A stretch of 63,014 nucleotides of DNA, the filler included, from Octopus bimaculoides (lineage: Eukaryota), in assembly GCF_001194135.2 (NCBI RefSeq). It is 8 parts of 8 records of this genome, joined end to end, with 100 filler letters (N's around TTAATTAATTAA, not from the genome) between each part and the next. Parts side by side here need not be neighbours in the genome. Positions count along the whole stretch, not along the records: positions 19,470 to 30,923 come from NC_068983.1; positions 31,024 to 38,654 come from NC_068985.1; 6 more parts are not named here. One strand, 5' to 3'. Made by a program: the position numbers and the translations under genes. The notes below the pieces were generated by a model, which did not search any database, was not told the origin of the DNA, and was given only the letters and a program-made list of their open reading frames with translations. Shown in pieces: positions 24,605 to 38,380 of this stretch (position 1 is the first letter of the stretch; every line of letters begins with the position of its first letter).

Positions 24605-26203
24605 NNNNNNNNNNNNNNNNNNNNNNNNNNNNNNNNNNNNNNNNNNNNNNNNNNNNNNNNNNNNNNNNNNNNNNNNNNNNNNNNNNNNNNNNNNNNNNNN
24701 NNNNNNNNNNNNNNNNNNNNNNNNNNNNNNNNNNNNNNNNNNNNNNNNNNNNNNNNNNNNNNNNNNNNNNNNNNNNNNNNNNNNNNNNNNNNNNNNNNNN
24801 NNNNNNNNNNNNNNNNNNNNNNNNNNNNNNNNNNNNNNNNNNNNNNNNNNNNNNNNNNNNNNNNNNNNNNNNNNNNNNNNNNNNNNNNNNNNNNNNNNNN
24901 NNNNNNNNNNNNNNNNNNNNNNNNNNNNNNNNNNNNNNNNNNNNNNNNNNNNNNNNNNNNNNNNNNNNNNNNNNNNNNNNNNNNNNNNNNNNNNNNNNNN
25001 NNNNNNNNNNNNNNNNNNNNNNNNNNNNNNNNNNNNNNNNNNNNNNNNNNNNNNNNNNNNNNNNNNNNNNNNNNNNNNNNNNNNNNNNNNNNNNNNNNNN
25101 NNNNNNNNNNNNNNNNNNNNNNNNNNNNNNNNNNNNNNNNNNNNNNNNNNNNNNNNNNNNNNNNNNNNNNNNNNNNNNNNNNNNNNNNNNNNNNATGTAT
25201 GTGCATATTTGTATGTATATATATGTGTATGTGTATATATGTATGTATGTGCATATTTGTATGTATATATATGTGTATGTGTATATATGTATGTATGTGC
25301 ATATTTGTATGTATATATATGTGTGTGTGTATAATATGTGTTTGTGTGTATGCATATCATTTCCTCACATTGAAGATAAAATAGGTGCAGTGAGCAGAAG
25401 GAAAATGTGGAACGTAGACTGAATGATGTGCCCAAAGAGTAGGTAGGTAGAAGAATAGATAGATAGATAACATTACATGAATGGATGATATTAATATTGG
25501 TAAATGTGATACGAAAGAATGGAATAAAGAAAGAAAGCAAAACATAAAAAGCGCTGGAAGCATAATGACGGTCTTAGAAACTGCAAATTTTTGTGAAGAA
25601 CGAGAAAGATTGAAAAGAAGTGCTGAATAAGTGAAATAAAGAAATATTGAATAAATTATTGAAGGAAAGAGAAAAAGAATGGATAGAATAAAAAATATCA
25701 GATAAAAGAATGAAAATATCCAAGAAAATTTCGCCATAACTAAAGGTAAACGTTGGGCAAAACGAGCGAAGCAAACATTAATGTAAACAGCATCAGTTTC
25801 CCAGCATACGATAATATTGCATTTACTGCAGGCGTCTGTACGGTTAGCTTAACTTAGTTTATAGAAAATAACTGAGGTTGTAATGGCTACTGGAGCGTCG
25901 AATAAGGCAGTAAAATGGAGAAGACATGAATAAGTGTTTTTGCGTATGTGAATGTGTAAGTGTTGGATGTATGTGTCTGTCACTGAGTTTTTGTGAGGTT
26001 GAGTGTGGATTTATGCGTTTGTTCATGTAACTCTGTGCTTTTCTAGTGTGTATGTATTTCTACGTATATGTATATATATATGTATCCTTGTGTGTATGTA
26101 GATGTACACACACACACACACACACACACAACATGCACGGATAGATAGATAGATAGATGGCTCTCTATCTCTCTCTCCAAATATATTTGTGTATGTATAT
26201 ATG

Positions 26204-26250
<47 letters not shown>

Positions 26251-27198
26251 ATGTATGTATGTACACACACACGAAAGGGAGAGAAAGGGACAGAGAGAGC
26301 GGGGAGAGTGTGTTTGTGTACTGGAAAAGTAAAGATTTAGCGAAGCTTCACATAAAGAGTTAGATCACAGAAAATATGAACCGTAAGAGAGACCAAGGAA
26401 AAACAGTACGGAGAAGTTAGTTGAGAAAGAAAGCGGGTGAGAAGAATTTAAAATATGTAAATACGCTAATAAATAAACGTTAGAAATGTTTATGATGTTT
26501 TTGCAGGATATTAAAAAAACTAATTTTGTCTTTAAGTCTGTTTATGTGTGTTAATAGCTTTTACATTTTCTCTTTTTTGTTTGTATTTTCTTGTATCATT
26601 TTCTTCCTCAATTTCTTTCTCTTTTTTTTATTCATTCCCTTTCCGTCTCTGCACCACTTCTCACTACAATAAACGCCACGCAAACGTCGCCATAATATTG
26701 CATTGAATTCTGGGTATTAGCTTGATCAATTGGTCAGCGTTAAGGCAGCAAGCGTCTGCCGGAAGTCGATCTTTCAGCAGAAGTCGCGGTCATTAAGAGC
26801 AAACGTAACGTAAACAAATACCCTAAAGTAATAATAATAATAACAATAATAATAATAATAAATAATGCCTCAAGGGTGACGTATGGGGGAGATTACAAGG
26901 AAACATTTCAATAATGGGAAGGAGGAGGATGGTGGTAGTGATGGTGGGAGTAGGAAGGAGAGAAGGATAATAAAAAGAAAAATGAAAGGAAAAAGTATGG
27001 GTTTGTACTTCTTTTCGAAATCTTTAATAAAGGACTCAACTATTAAAGGAGATTCACCTTATGTTAGCACCCCTTTCTTCTGTGTGTCCCGTTTATATGA
27101 AGGAATTAGTATCATCTTTTCAGAAAAACAGGGTCATGGAGTTAAGTCTGAGAGGGAAACATCCGGATCAATGTCTAGATTTAGTGGGGAGGGGGTTG

Positions 27199-27241
<43 letters not shown>

Positions 27242-27408
27242 GTGGGTGTTGTTGTTGTTGTTTACTCCCGAATCAGCCTTCATTGATCAAACATATAATC
27301 AAATGTATTTCTGTAGTGTTATTCCATTCTTTCATTTTTTCTTCAATAATAATAATAATAATTATTATTATTATTATTATATTTATTATTATTGTTGTTG
27401 TTGTTGTT

Positions 27409-27640
27409 AAGGTGGCCAGCAGGCAGAATACTTAACGTGCTTAGCGGCATTTTGTCCGTCTCTACGTTCTGAGTTCCAAATTCTGCCAAGGTCGAGTTTG
27501 CCTTTCGTCCTTTTAGGGTCGATGAATTAAGTACCGGACGAGCAGTGAAGTTTTTGTAATCAACTAGTACCCTGCACCAAAATTTCAGGGCTTGTGCCTC
27601 CAGCAGAAAGGATTATTATTATTATTATTATTATTATTAT
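27409..27640 (+). mobile_element. Family C SINE
   Basis: Head, domain and (ATT)n tail. Confidence 0.85.
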
Positions 27641-28992
27641 TGAGTGAGAGAGCAGTGCATGCCATCAAAGTGACACTAGGGTAAATTATACGAAGCCCAG
27701 TATACCCATCATGATTACCCGTCTGATTAGGGTACACCAGGCACATGCATCACAACCATATGTGCTCGACATGGTGATCTCATATCAAGATAAACATCTT
27801 CAAGTGGCGAAGATCAAACAACTGACAAGCAAATTTGTGGTATTGAGCAGAATATTTGCTGTATCCCATCTTTTATACCAAGACAAAACGTATACATGAT
27901 AACACTTCCAACCAGATAAGATCAGAAGCCATGAGAGCCAGTGCTTGGTACTGCATCAGAGTAGATAGATAGATAGATAGATAAAATTACATGAATGAAT
28001 AGTGATATTGGTAAATATGGTACGAAAGAATGGAATGAAAGCAAAGCATTAAAGAAGGCTGTAAGCATAATTATGGTCTGAGAAACTGCATGTTTTTTTT
28101 CTATTAGCAAAAAAGGTTATGTAAAAAATGCGAAAAGGGACTGGATGGGGAGAAAACGGAGATATAGCAAAAAGCGAAAATATAGAAAGAGAATGAATAA
28201 AAGAAAAAAGTTGAAAACAAAGGATTAACGACAGTTACCATTTAAATTACGGTACAATCAACATATTTTCTCTTTCAGATAAAAGATCACATAATTTTTT
28301 TTTTTTTTTTTTTTTTTTTTGCCATTTACCTAAACAAAATATAACATACGGCCATTATTGGAAAATTCTTATTAGAGCAAAATCTTATATGGGTAGCAGA
28401 AAACCTGTTCTTCTATACGTTTAGCATTCATATTTTTTCACGAGGAAAAATAAAAATGTTTACATGGTATACCATCACTTGATATTAAACGAAACGCTTC
28501 GTTCAAATGCGTGGAGAGTGTATACTTATTTTCATGCATTTATAATCAGATTTTATTTACCTCATATCAAACATTTAAAGCTGTATTCGCATTTTCATGT
28601 CTAATACTCCAAAATAGAAACTCCCTATTCTCTTGAGTTCCCTGTTAAATTTGGTACACTCAGACCATATCCTATTTTTGTATCTACCAAATATTTCTCT
28701 GTATCACTAATATTTAATCCGTCTCTTAGTATTTAATAATTAATTCTGATAGTTCTGATCTCTCGTGTATAATTTAATGCATAATGCGACAATAGTAGAC
28801 AGATTTAAAGTTTCTGACAGTTTCGATAAATACCGGTGAGATTATGTTTTAATCCTAATAAAGTTACTGGTTGAAGATGTATTTATGCTACACTGCCTTC
28901 TCGCTGACAACGTTTGTCCATGAGTGGACTATCTATACTTAATTGGTGTGTGTGTGTGTGTATGTGTGTGTGTGTGTGTGTGTGAACTATAT

Positions 28993-29370
28993 TCTTTTAT
29001 TCTTTTACTTGTTTCAGTCATTTGACTGCGGCTATGCTGGAGCACCGCCTTTAGTAGATCAAATCGACCCCAGGACTTATTCGGTCACTTTTTGCCGAAC
29101 CGCTAAGTTACTGGGACGTAAACACACCAGCATCGGTTATCAAGTGATGTTGCAGGGACAAGCACAAACATACAAACATACACACACACATATATATACA
29201 TATATACGACGGGCTTCTTTCAGTTTCCGTCTACTAAATCCACTCACAAGGCTTTGGTCGACCCTAGGCTATAGTAGAAGACACTTGCCCAAGGTTCCAC
29301 GCAATGGGACTGAACCCGGAACCATGTGGTTGGTAAGCAAGCCACTTACCACACAGCCATTCCTGCGCCT
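28993..29370 (-). mobile_element. Family A SINE, full length (CpG largely intact)
   Basis: Reverse-complement match to 11800-12200. Confidence 0.9.
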
Positions 29371-29944
29371 ATATTTAATTTTAATAGTGAAGGTATATTC
29401 TTCCTCCGATGACAGAATAGACTGCTGTCATGTTAGCTGCCGATCGTTTGCAGGGAAATGCACCGTCTGCGTTTCTTTTTCCGAAACAGCTGTAGGACAT
29501 TATTTGTACACCTTTTTCTTTCTTTTCATCCAGCTTAGGTTTCTACCCACGATGACCAGCTTTACTTAATATCAATAATCCGAATTTACTGCATAACTGA
29601 TTCGAGAGAATACTAGTATATACTATAACCATCATATATATTCCTCAACTGATCTTATATCGATACCTCTTGTGATCTAAATCCCTGTAACAGTCAATTC
29701 TACCCTGATGTGTTGTGTCAGTGTATAAATATAAAGAAATGTCACAATCCGACCTGATGCCAGTTGTTTGCCTGTGTATGCATTTATTTTATTATACATG
29801 TACCTGTACGACTCAAACACTACCTGTGGCCAATCTTCATTAGACAGCTACAACATCCTTGCATTTTTAGATGCTGTTCAAGTTGGAGTTTTGGCAGCAA
29901 ATTGTATCTATTATCTTACCTCATCACATATTACTTGAATTTTA

Positions 29945-30200
29945 TACAGACGCGAGCTGCCGAGGCTCTCCATCCATTTCTGTTCTATGCCGTTCTGCAA
30001 AACTTCCACCACTACTTCTTTGATGTTATCGCTAAATCTAGTTTTTGGTCTTCTTTCTTGTGCTTTTGCCATGTGCTGCACCTGTTAATAAGGTCTAAGT
30101 ACATGGCTCCATTTTCTTTTCATTATAGTCTTTCCAGGCACTTTATCTTTCGTAGGACCCACTCATTAGTTCTTTTATATGTCCAGCTTATTACCCTTTA
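29945..30200 (-). mobile_element. Old RTE/BovB-like LINE C-terminal remnant
   Basis: Minus-strand peptides ISWTYKRTNEWVL and RRPKTRFSDNIKE. Confidence 0.55.
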
Positions 30201-30226
30201 TGGCATAAATAACAATGTGTGTGTAT

Positions 30227-30332
30227 AGGCATGACTGAGTGGTAAGAAGATTGCTTCCCAACCATATGGTTCCGGGTTCAGTTCCATTCCGTGGCACCTT
30301 GGGTGAGTGTCTTCTATTATAGCCTCGGGCAA
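30227..30332 (+). mobile_element. Family A SINE head
   Basis: Box A/B and CACCTTGGG. Confidence 0.8.
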
Positions 30333-30853
30333 GTCAAAATTTCTTTAGAATACAGTGATGATATTGAGCTTCTCTGTTTGACAGAGGTTACAGGATTTTT
30401 ATACTCTCAAATGTCTGTGGCTCATCTAACACTTATAAAGCTTATTCTAGAATTTGAAACACACCTCGTCTCCTCGATGTATAACATACGACAGCGGATC
30501 AAACATGCTTATGTCATTACGCTTCAGCCGATTACTTTGCTACCTTCTGAATCGTACGATCAACCAAGTGGATGTAACCGAGGCCCCTGATTATCTCATA
30601 TGAATCAACTACTATATAGTAGTAGTCTCTCTCCAAAATCTAATCAACTTTTATATGTCTATAGGTGTGTATGTTTTATATAAACGTAAAAATACGTACC
30701 GACGATTTAGTTATTAATTTAACAATTTAGTGCTTTACTTGCCCTGTTTGCTTGTGTCGATTTTTTTTGCACGAGATCTCAGTTCTTCTGTTGTTTTCGG
30801 GCGGTTGGTTAAGTGTCTGCAAGTCTGTTCCCCTCTCCCATCCTCCTCTCTTT

Positions 30854-30923
<70 letters not shown>

Positions 30924-31139
30924 NNNNNNNNNNNNNNNNNNNNNNNNNNNNNNNNNNNNNNNNNNNNTTAATTAATTAANNNNNNNNNNNNNNNNNNNNN
31001 NNNNNNNNNNNNNNNNNNNNNNNTATATATATATATGTACATATTACATGTACATCTATATATATACATAATATATATATATTATATATATGTAAGTATG
31101 TATATATGTATGTATGCCTGTATATATGTGAGATGATAG

Positions 31140-31429
31140 TTTCACTTTAATAGCTTCATTATTAAAGTGAACCTATTAAAGTGAAAATATCTGACATTAC
31201 GAGAGATGTTTTTGTTTCACTTTTGATACGTAATACTGCAATAGTGGAGGAGATGTGATATTGCACTGGGCTTGCACTAGGCAAGAAGTTAAAACGTTTT
31301 TGGGCTTAAAACACTACATGGACCCTAAGTAAGGCATGTGTAAAATTTGAATGAAATTGGTTGTGTAGTTTTGAAGTTTTAGGAATTCACGCAGACAGAC
31401 ACACAGACACACAGACACACATTCTCATC

Positions 31430-31464
<35 letters not shown>
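31140..31464 (-). mobile_element. Non-autonomous Helitron-like element, 5' portion
   Basis: Minus strand reads (TA)nAAAAAGATGAGAATGTGTGTCTGTGTGTCTGTGTGTCTGTCTGCGTGAATTCCTAAAACTTCAAAACTACACAACCAATTTCATTCAAATTTTACAC, the typical layout of animal Helitron-N ends. The terminus itself lies in a gap. Confidence 0.6.
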
Positions 31465-32060
31465 NNNNNNNNNNNNNNNNNNNNNNNNNNNNNNNNNNNN
31501 NNNNNNNNNNNNNNNNNNNNNNNNNNNNNNNNNNNNNNNNNNNNNNNNNNNNNNNNNNNNNNNNNNNNNNNNNNNNNNNNNNNNNNNNNNNNNNNNNNNN
31601 NNNNNNNNNNNNNNNNNNNNNNNNNNNNNNNNNNNNNNNNNTAGAAATTCGGCAAAATAGACCGATAGAATAAGTACTGGGCTTACAAGGAATAATTCCT
31701 GGGGTCGATTTGTTCGACTAAAGGCGTTGCTTCAGCATGGCCGCAAATAAATGAAACAAGTAAAAGAAAAAAAAAGATGTTTCTAATTTACAATTTTGCT
31801 AAATGCCTGTACCTTGCCTTATTCATTGTCAGAGAGTAGGACAGCCCTCCAGGGGACTGAATTCGTTCTGAAAGGAAATGAAAGTTGGAGTCATTGGAGC
31901 CAGTTTCATGCGAGGTGTTAAGAAGCGCAATCCTTCTTGTGCACCTGTTATGGAAGTGACTTCAATACAATTATTGTGGAGGTTGACACATTCTCCATGT
32001 AGTACATGTTTATTGTTTGAATTTGAAATCAATGTTTTGAAACCAATATTTTATCTCTCT

Positions 32061-32510
32061 AGGCGGCGAGCTGGCAGAAACGTTAGCACGCCACGCGAAA
32101 TGCTTAGCAGTATTCCGTCTGCCGCTACGTTCTGAGTTCAATTTCCGCCGAGGTTGACTTAGCCTTTCATCCTTTCGGGGTCGATTAAATAAGTACCAGT
32201 TACGCACTGGAGTCGATATTATCGACTTAATCCCTTTGTCTGTCCTTGTTTGTCCCCTCTATGTTTAGCCCCTTGTGGGCAATAAAGAAATAAGAAAAGT
32301 TAGCACGCCGGGTGAAATGCTTAGCGGTATTTCGTCTGTCTTTACATTCTGAGTTCAAATTCCGCCGAGGTCAACTTTCCCTTTCCTCCTTTCAGGGTCG
32401 AGAAATTAAATACCAGTTGTGTACTGGGGTCGATGTAATCGACTTCCCCACCAACCCAAAAAAAAATTTCGGACCTTGTGCCTAGAGTAGTAAAAGAATA
32501 ATAATTGTTT
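32061..32510 (+). mobile_element. Two family C units head-to-tail (dimer-like)
   Basis: The first unit ends ...GGCAATAAAGAAATAAG; the second starts without its first ~15 nt at ~32297. Confidence 0.85.
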
Positions 32511-33499
32511 CTCATTTAGCCACAAATCCAGCAGTTTTGAAGGAAGTTAAGCGATATCATCGATTCCAGTATTTCAAAAATATAAACCTGTTGTACCCCC
32601 GTCCCACAACAGCAAACAATGGGAAAAGCTTGTTGGGAATAAACCAGCACAAAAAACAGTCGGGAAGTAAAATAGGACAAAGCAAAGTTACTTGTGGAAA
32701 GGAGTCTAGAGAAAGGGATTGGTTAGTAGAGAAAAGAGACTTTTCATGTGAGTCAAAAGAAATACATAACAACATCGGCAACAAAGCCAGTCCTTCATAA
32801 TGTTTCATAAAATAGGTTTTCGTGACCTAATAATTTTACCCAACCTATTGAATTATCTGTTTTGTTAGGAACAAAGAGTTATTTATAGTTAGGTATGAGA
32901 GAATTTTTTGTTCATACGGTTATTGGTAGGATGTTAGAAAGTCGAATAAAAAATACCTTGCAGTATTTCATCCGGATTTTGATGCCCTGAGTTCAAACCC
33001 TACCTGGATTTCATTGTCTTCCACCAATCTGGCATTAATAAAATAATAAAACACCAGTCCAAGCCAGAAGTTCAAAACATTAGTCGAATTCTTTTCCATA
33101 TTTTTCGATCAGTTTATATTTCCAGTAGGTGTGGCAAACTTGTCATCTGTCTTTTGATGATATAACGGCGACTTGAAAAAGAATAGAAAGAAAATACCTG
33201 AACAAAAAGGCTATGAGAAACATATAAAAATTCCATAGCAATTGTCTAAGAGGTCACCAGGGTTTGGTCAAAGGGCAGCAATCTTAACGGAAGGGTTTAG
33301 TCGACAGCATTGACCAAATCCCAATATAAGATTGGTGTTTTATTTTATAGATTCCCAAAATCATGACGGTAAACTTGATTTCGGTAGGAATTGAACTGTG
33401 AACGAAAACAAATCGAAACAAGCATCACAAAACAATTTTCCCGGCGTTCAAACTGTTTCGCCTGCTTTCTGCCGTTGAAGCAAGAATAAAAATAAATCA

Positions 33500-33930
33500 T
33501 TTCTACATTAGGCACAAGATCTGAAATTCTGGAAAAAATAGTCAGTCGATTACGCCGACCCCAGTGCTCAACTGGTATTTATTTTATACATCCCAAAAAT
33601 AAAAGTCAACTTCAGCGAAATTTGAATTTAGATAGTAGAGACGGACGAAATGCCGCTAAGCATTTTTCCAACGTGCTAACGGTTTTGCCAGTTCGCCTAA
33701 TAATAATGATAATAATAATAATTTCAAATCTTAGCACAAGGCCAGCAACTTCGGGAGGAGGGTGTAAGTCGATTGCAGCGACACCAGTGTTCCACTGGTA
33801 CTTATTTTATCGACCCCGAAAGGATGAAAGGCAAAGTCGACCTCGGCGGAATTTGAACTCAGAACGTAAAGACGGATGAATGCCTCTATGCATTTTTCCC
33901 GGCGTAGTAACGATTCTGCCAGCTCGCCCA
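33500..33930 (-). mobile_element. Two tandem family C SINEs
   Basis: Two C heads (ending ~33697 and ~33928) separated by an (AAT)n tail. Confidence 0.85.
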
Positions 33931-34980
33931 ATAATCTTCTCTAAGCGATAAGTGCAGAATCTGTGGACAAGATCAGTAAGGGATAAGTGCAGAATCTATG
34001 GACAAAATGGTGAAACCGTATGGCATATTACTAGCCAATGTACACCAGAAGGAATACAAGAGACGCCACGTCGATTAGACCGACCATAATACGCAACCTA
34101 GACTTAATTTATCGACCCTGAAAGGATGAAAATCAAAGTCGACCTCGGTAGCGGCAGCTCGCCTAATAATAATAATAAGTTGAAATATTACTTTATCATT
34201 CATAGACCTTGTTATACAAACCACTGAAAATATCGTCCTTCACTCGTCCTATTATAGGTAGTAGTGCAACCTTTCATATCACTCGTTACTGTCTACAAGA
34301 TTGAAAAAGCTATGGATTGTATGGTGGTAGTACAAAGAAACTTGGTGAATAGCCTAAAATAATTTTAAGCATGAGACTACTCGATTAGGTGGTAACTTGT
34401 TTCCAAGCAATAAAAAGAATACACAGTTATGGAGCGTTTATGTTGTTCAACCTAGATCCAACAAATATCCTTGAGGTCACACACTACTGACTGAAATGCG
34501 TTGTACACGTTGGATAATGTAGGCCTAGATCAGTGGCTTGTGAACAGTGTATTAAATGTATTAAAGCGATATCTATCGTTTAGTTGTCACAGTCATTAGA
34601 CTGCGGCCATGTTAGAGCACCGCCTTCAAGAATTTTTAGTCGAATGAATAGACCCTACTTCTTCCTAAGTAATAAAATAAGCTGTATCTATTTTCCGTAG
34701 CTAAATATTATGAAAGGTTCTGAGTCTATAAATAGGAAAACACTTGCCAAGCCAATGGTGGCAACATCTACTTAATCAAGGGACTTGCTAAAAGTAGCAA
34801 CCAAATCTCCTTCAAATCGCAACCTGTCGTCATAAAAGAGAAGGCTTCATTGAAAAACGTAATCCTAGATAAATATCTGAATAATAAGCAATATGTACGG
34901 CAATAAAAATGACAAGCAAGAGATAATTGAAATATTACGAATTAGAGAAAATGTCGGCAATTTCGAATCTAAATACTTAC

Positions 34981-35013
<33 letters not shown>

Positions 35014-35343
35014 TCTTAAAAAGGATTGACGTAACTCTTCACAAAGGTAAACAGTGAAGACGATGAGCGCGATTCGATTGTACGATATTTTATTAGTTGA
35101 ACGATATTTCAACAGTAAGTCTGTCTTTGTAAGTCTGTCTTCAAAATTACAGAAATTTAAATGTAAAGTATTAACGAGAGCAACCAGCGTCCATACATTG
35201 ATAAAATATCATCAGTTTTTAAGTTACAATTTTATAACAGGCGAAATGAAAAAGACAGAAAAAAATAACAGAAAAAGGAAGACGACAGAAAAAGAGGAAA
35301 GAAAAAGGAAGACGACAGAAAAAGAGGAAAGAAAAAAGAATAT

Positions 35344-35573
35344 TCAATCAAACAGTTTTGTATAAATTTGATGATATTCTCCTGTCATCTTATTCATTCC
35401 TCCAGGGCGTGATGTTAATAACCCGCAAACATATTTCTCCAAATACATTCTGAGAAGTGAAATTAGAGCAGATTCAGAATATTTTCTGAGAATATTCACT
35501 TTCAAGTCTTCTTCAAAATTGCAGCCGCTTGAAACGAAATGTTCAGCAAGTTCTGTCGAACTACTGTTATTGT
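35344..35573 (-). mobile_element. Penelope-like element, extreme C-terminus of the GIY-YIG domain with stop; upstream part lies in a gap
   Basis: STELAEHFVSSGCNFEEDLKVNIL...RMYLEKYVCGLLTSRPGGMNK resembles the HF...H...ILE...WI..L....P.GLN end of PLE proteins. Confidence 0.65.
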
Positions 35574-35827
35574 NNNNNNNNNNNNNNNNNNNNNNNNNNN
35601 NNNNNNNNNNNNNNNNNNNNNNNNNNNNNNNNNNNNNNNNNNNNNNNNNNNNNNNNNNNNNNNNNNNNNNNNNNNNNNNNNNNNNNNNNNNNNNNNNNNN
35701 NNNNNNNNNNNNNNNNNNNNNNNNNNNNNNNNNNNNNNNNNNNNNNNNNNNNNNNNNNNNNNNNNNNNNNNNNNNNNNNNNNNNNNNNNNNNNNNNNNNN
35801 NNNNNNNNNNNNNNNNNNNNNNNNNNN

Positions 35828-35898
<71 letters not shown>

Positions 35899-35940
35899 GC
35901 ACATGCATACACGCACACACACAGAGATATATACTTATAC

Positions 35941-36086
35941 CTTCAGTTTCTGTCTACTAAATCTAATCACAAGGCTTTAGGCGGCCGGAAGCTGTATTAG
36001 AATACACCTGCACAAGGTGCCACGCAAAGGTCCCGAACTCAGAACCATGGGGTTGTGAAGCAAGCTTCTTACCACACAACCACGCC
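35941..36086 (-). mobile_element. Family A SINE head, diverged
   Basis: Reverse-complement similarity to the A head. Confidence 0.75.
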
Positions 36087-36481
36087 AGCTAGATTTACAC
36101 TTAAGGACAATGGTTTGTCAAGACACATTTATGTTTATTCCCTACCAACGCAGTGAGGCGGTAGATCAATCAACCATGAAATTGAGAGGGGCAGGGCAAG
36201 GATGGATGGCGTGAGAGCATAATGCAGTATAAAATGATGATGATGATGATGATGGTGATAATGATACTGTGAATATCGTTACTATAACAAACTCGGCTGC
36301 GCGATATTTACATTGAAGCAAGCATATACACGTATTGCTTCATATCGATCTCTACCGATCATTTATTTACAATTGACTCTAGATTATGAGATATCGATTA
36401 TGATACACATTGGTGGCACCCATCCGTTTATTTCGATACTTTTATTCTTTTGCTGCTGACATCAGTGTCGTCGTTTTTCTT

Positions 36482-36649
36482 CAGTCTTCATTCTTCTTCT
36501 TCTTCTTCTTCTCCTCCTCCTCCTCCTCCTCCTCCTCCCCTTCTTCTTCTTCTTCTTCTTCTCCTCCTCCTTCTTCTTCTTCTTCTTCTTCTCCTCCTTC
36601 TTCTCCTCCTTCTTCTCCTCCTTCTTCTTCTTCTTCTTCTTCTTCTTCT
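36482..36649. repeat. (CTT/CCT)n microsatellite running into a gap
   Basis: Directly visible. Confidence 0.95.
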
Positions 36650-38341
36650 NNNNNNNNNNNNNNNNNNNNNNNNNNNNNNNNNNNNNNNNNNNNNNNNNNN
36701 NNNNNNNNNNNNNNNNNNNNNNNNNNNNNNNNNNNNNNNNNNNNNNNNNNNNNNNNNNNNNNNNNNNNNNNNNNNNNNNNNNNNNNNNNNNNNNNNNNNN
36801 NNNNNNNNNNNNNNNNNNNNNNNNNNNNNNNNNNNNNNNNNNNNNNNNNNNNNNNNNNNNNNNNNNNNNNNNNNNNNNNNNNNNNNNNNNNNNNNNNNNN
36901 NNNNNNNNNNNNNNNNNNNNNNNNNNNNNNNNNNNNNNNNNNNNNNNNNNNNNNNNNNNNNNNNNNNNNNNNACTCTCTCCGTCATCCCAGCTGTTGCTC
37001 GTGCTTTATTTTCTGCTCAATGAACCGAAGCAAACAGAATGAGAAACATTGTCAAGGACACAACTATTCGCCCAGCCTGAGAGTCGAGCCTTTTGCGCAA
37101 TTTAAGAGGGAAAAAACATAACCACGACGGCAGATATAATTGTTTCAAATTTTGGCAGAAGGTCAGGAACTTAAGGGGAACGAGTAGGCCGATTACATTG
37201 ACTCCAGTGTTCAATTGGTATTTATTTTATTGACCCTAGACGGATGGAAGGCAAGTTTGACCTCGGCAGTATTTGAACTGCGAACAAGGAGTCGCAAGAA
37301 GTACCGCAAAGAATATCGTCCGGCGTGCTGATCATTCTGCTAAAATAATGATTTAAAATTCTGGTTACAAAGCCACCCAGGTCTCAGCTGGTACTTCTTT
37401 TATCGACCTCGAAAGGATGAAAGCCAAAGTTAACTACGGCAGCATTTGAATTTAAGACATAAATGGCCGAACAAAATCTTGCCAAATGGTTCGTTTGACA
37501 TACAAACAATTCTGCCAACTCACGGCCTTCATGACGTCAAAGATAGGAACAACCATGACGACGGCGATGCTGTCATCGAAAGGCCACAAAAATAAGAACA
37601 ACAGTCACGACGAAGCTGTCAACAAAAACATTAACAATAACCACAGGAACGACATAGACGTAGCTAACGACGCACAAGAAGAAAATGAAACCTGATGATC
37701 ATAACAACTGCAATAACACAAACAATAATAGTACTGGGTTATTGACGACTATAACAACGACGACCACCAACAGCAGCAGTAAAGACAACAGCATCAACAG
37801 CTTTCTATTAGTATTGATGTCTCTAAGCAACATCAATCGCCACAATTTTATCTACAAGAAAGTTATGTAACTAATATTTAATACGGAATATTAATATTTT
37901 GTTTAACTTTTTACTTAATATTAATCTAATCCACTTGAGTGAGAATTTGTTAAGCCACCCCTATTAAGGCATGTTCTTTTTTGTTATTGTAACTAAATTA
38001 ATCATTATTTCACACTACACCCAGCAACAATACCCGTTATGGGTGGAGTACTTAATAACAATTTCTGTGTCATGCTTTATATGTGTATGAGTCAAAAGCC
38101 GACCGGTCCGTTTGTCTATCTGTTTGCTTATCTGTCTGTTTCTCTGCTTGATTCTCAGATTTAACCTTGATTAAAAAAACAAGACAAGAAAAATTTTACC
38201 TTCCCTTTAATCGGTGACATCGTCGGTTCTGGTACTGCAATAGAAATAAAGTTTATATTTGCTACATCGCATTATACTAAGTAACTCTGGTATACTTCGT
38301 AGGGTACCGATTTGTAAACTCCTATTTCATTAATGCATGTA

Positions 38342-38380
<39 letters not shown>

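Noticed and set aside
25195-25330. 48-bp periodic (TA/TG) array
   Set aside because: Ordinary compound microsatellite next to a gap.
31833-31914. Possible 82-nt plus-strand exon (ESRTALQGTEFVLKGNESWSHWSQFHA)
   Set aside because: Weak donor (gtgtta), isolated, unrecognised.
32537-32800. Overlapping 87-aa and 83-aa ORFs on both strands
   Set aside because: No motif or splice support.
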